The notes beneath the pieces were generated by a model. That model ran no database searches, was not told the origin of the DNA, and worked only from the letters and a program-made list of their open reading frames with translations. 64,000 bases of DNA from Chrysomallon squamiferum (Eukaryota; Animalia; Mollusca): assembly GCA_012295275.1 (NCBI GenBank), contig CM022675.1, positions 8,308,001-8,372,000 of the forward strand. Direction: 5' to 3'. Numbering within the stretch: the stretch's first letter is position 1; the number at the start of each line of letters is the position of its first letter. Below are positions 62,176 through 64,000 of the stretch, one piece after another. Both the position numbers and the translations under genes were made by a program.

Positions 62176-63352
62176 TCAAAACAGACCACACGGCCACAAA
62201 TTTGAAATGTCCATCACTGATTTCGGACACTTGCAAATGGATATTGGATCTGTTTAATTTCGTACCGAAATTCGGCCTGATTTATAAACTAATGTCATAC
62301 TTTGTCCAGAATACAGATAACAGATCGCCCAAAAAACAGTGAAATAACGTGTTGGAAGTGTAAGAATTTTTTTTTTTTAAAACCTTTGTACATCTTTCAG
62401 GTGTAGTTTTTTCATACATCTTGTCAGGTAAGATAAACACAAGTAATGTGTATATCAAAGTGTGAAGTGTTGTGCATCTGTGATCATTTTTATTGCTTTT
62501 TTAACAGCTTAACAAATGAATGAAAGAAATCTTTCGTGCAAAACCCGAATAGAATTTGTACAGCTTTGCATAATACTGTATTTGTGTTATTTTATATATT
62601 TAACCCTTTTTATCGCTAAAGTTCGGATTTAGTGTAGAAAGGCCATAAAGTGCGACGACAACGACAACGACAACGAATTTGTCCTTTAATTTGTTGTCTT
62701 TTTATGTTTATCTTCGTTATATAAATAATTGCAATGTTAAATCCACTGGTCTTTCAACTTTTTGTTTCTGTTGTTATATATTCTGTTGTTAATTGTTTTT
62801 GTTGTCCGTTTTGGGGTTTTATTATTTAATTATTATTATTGTGTTGTTGTTGTTGCTTTTTTAATGTTCGTTTTAACTCTAGAAAATAAACTAATCTAAA
62901 AATAAATACATATATAGGGAACGGTAACAAGACAAAACTACATAGTTATATAAATAAACAAAACGTAAATAAATAATAAAGAAAGAAATAAAGATAACAT
63001 ATTAAATTTTTTTGTCGTGCCTTATTTCTTTTATTTCTTTCTTTCTTTATTCTTTTCTTTATTTGTTTACTTATTTATATTTTACTTACTTGTTACTCAC
63101 TCGCTCACTCACTTACTAATTTTCTTATAGTCTGATAATTTTATTAATAAATTGTTTGTTTTTTCTTATTTTGATGGTTTCCTTTTTGTGCAGATTTGTT
63201 TTTTTGTTGTTTGTTTTTTTGTTGTTTCAAATTATGCGTACGATTTTTGGTTTTAATGTCTTCACCGCTGTAAGCATATTTCTGCCAATGCTGTTGTTGT
63301 GTTTGTGGTTGTTGTTTTTTTGTTGTTTATTTTTTGTTGTGTTTTTACCTAT

Positions 63353-63395
<43 letters not shown>

Positions 63396-64000
63396 TTTGC
63401 TTACTTATTTATTTTTCTTTTGTTTCGTTTTGTCTTTTCTTTCTTTTCTTCTGGTTAGTTATTTTATTTTATTTATTTATATAATGTGCGTTTTTTGCTT
63501 TCATCTCTTTGTTTTATGTCTTTACTTTTGTTTTTGTTTTTTTTTGTTTTTTTTTTGTTCTTAATTATTCTTATTTAGTTTAAACTTTTAAAAATTACCG
63601 TATTTATTATAAATTACTAAACTAATTAAGAAACGGCTCCTATAACAAACATCCGATAGTTTACACAAATAATAAAGTTTTAATTGCGTATTAACAATAT
63701 TTAAAACTAACTTACCTTAATCCAAATGTCTCTTAATGGGAAATCATCAGCAGACACGCACGAGACCGAACAGAAAAGAAATTTAATTTAAAATCAACGT
63801 GCACTTTCTTTTTATTCATTTCATTATGCATTTTTATTGCGCATGGATATATTCATTTTGATTTTATTTAATATTTCTGAATACAGGGTGCGGTTATAAC
63901 ATGCTTTTCAACAAGCAAAAAAAAAAAAAACTGTGCTTCTGATGCAAATAGGAAAATTACGCTAAAGAGAGAAAACAGTGATTTTTATTAATCTTCTCCC

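Noticed and set aside
62401-63775. Isolated exon-like signals (27-nt AG...GTAAG segment at 62401-62427 on +; donor at ~63716 on -)
   Set aside because: No supporting reading frame or partner exons inside the window; they cannot be assigned to a gene.

Overview
AT-rich, microsatellite-dense animal genomic DNA. The gene content (perlucin-like lectin, EGF-ZP protein, secreted ceruloplasmin-like oxidase) suggests a mollusc, which is an inference. Most entries in the ORF track are simple-repeat artefacts; the real genes are spliced and were reconstructed by hand from GT-AG junctions with consistent phase. The first ~20 kb is a tandem/inverted cluster of Hedgehog-related Hog (Hint + SRR-like) genes that lack the Hedge domain: three intact 5-exon copies (A +, B -, C +), one pseudogene (D -) and several orphan exons. 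Each copy encodes a signal peptide, a ~40-aa hypervariable Cys-rich peptide (framework CxC...CxCx1-2C...CCxxC) and a near-invariant autoprocessing Hint domain. The Hint keeps the N-S acyl-shift residues (Cys1, TxxH). It has Lys in place of the Hedgehog cholesterol-activating Asp, Asn in place of the conserved C-terminal Cys (giving an intein-like ...DGVLASN end), and no HWY motif. This looks like a diversifying, self-cleaving secreted peptide delivery system and is the best novelty candidate. Downstream lie TBRG4/FASTKD4 (-), a 16-exon secreted six-domain multicopper oxidase (-), a QPD-type C-type lectin (+), a membrane-anchored EGF-ZP gene (-) with an in-frame minisatellite that duplicates a splice donor, and assorted repeats and transposon remnants.
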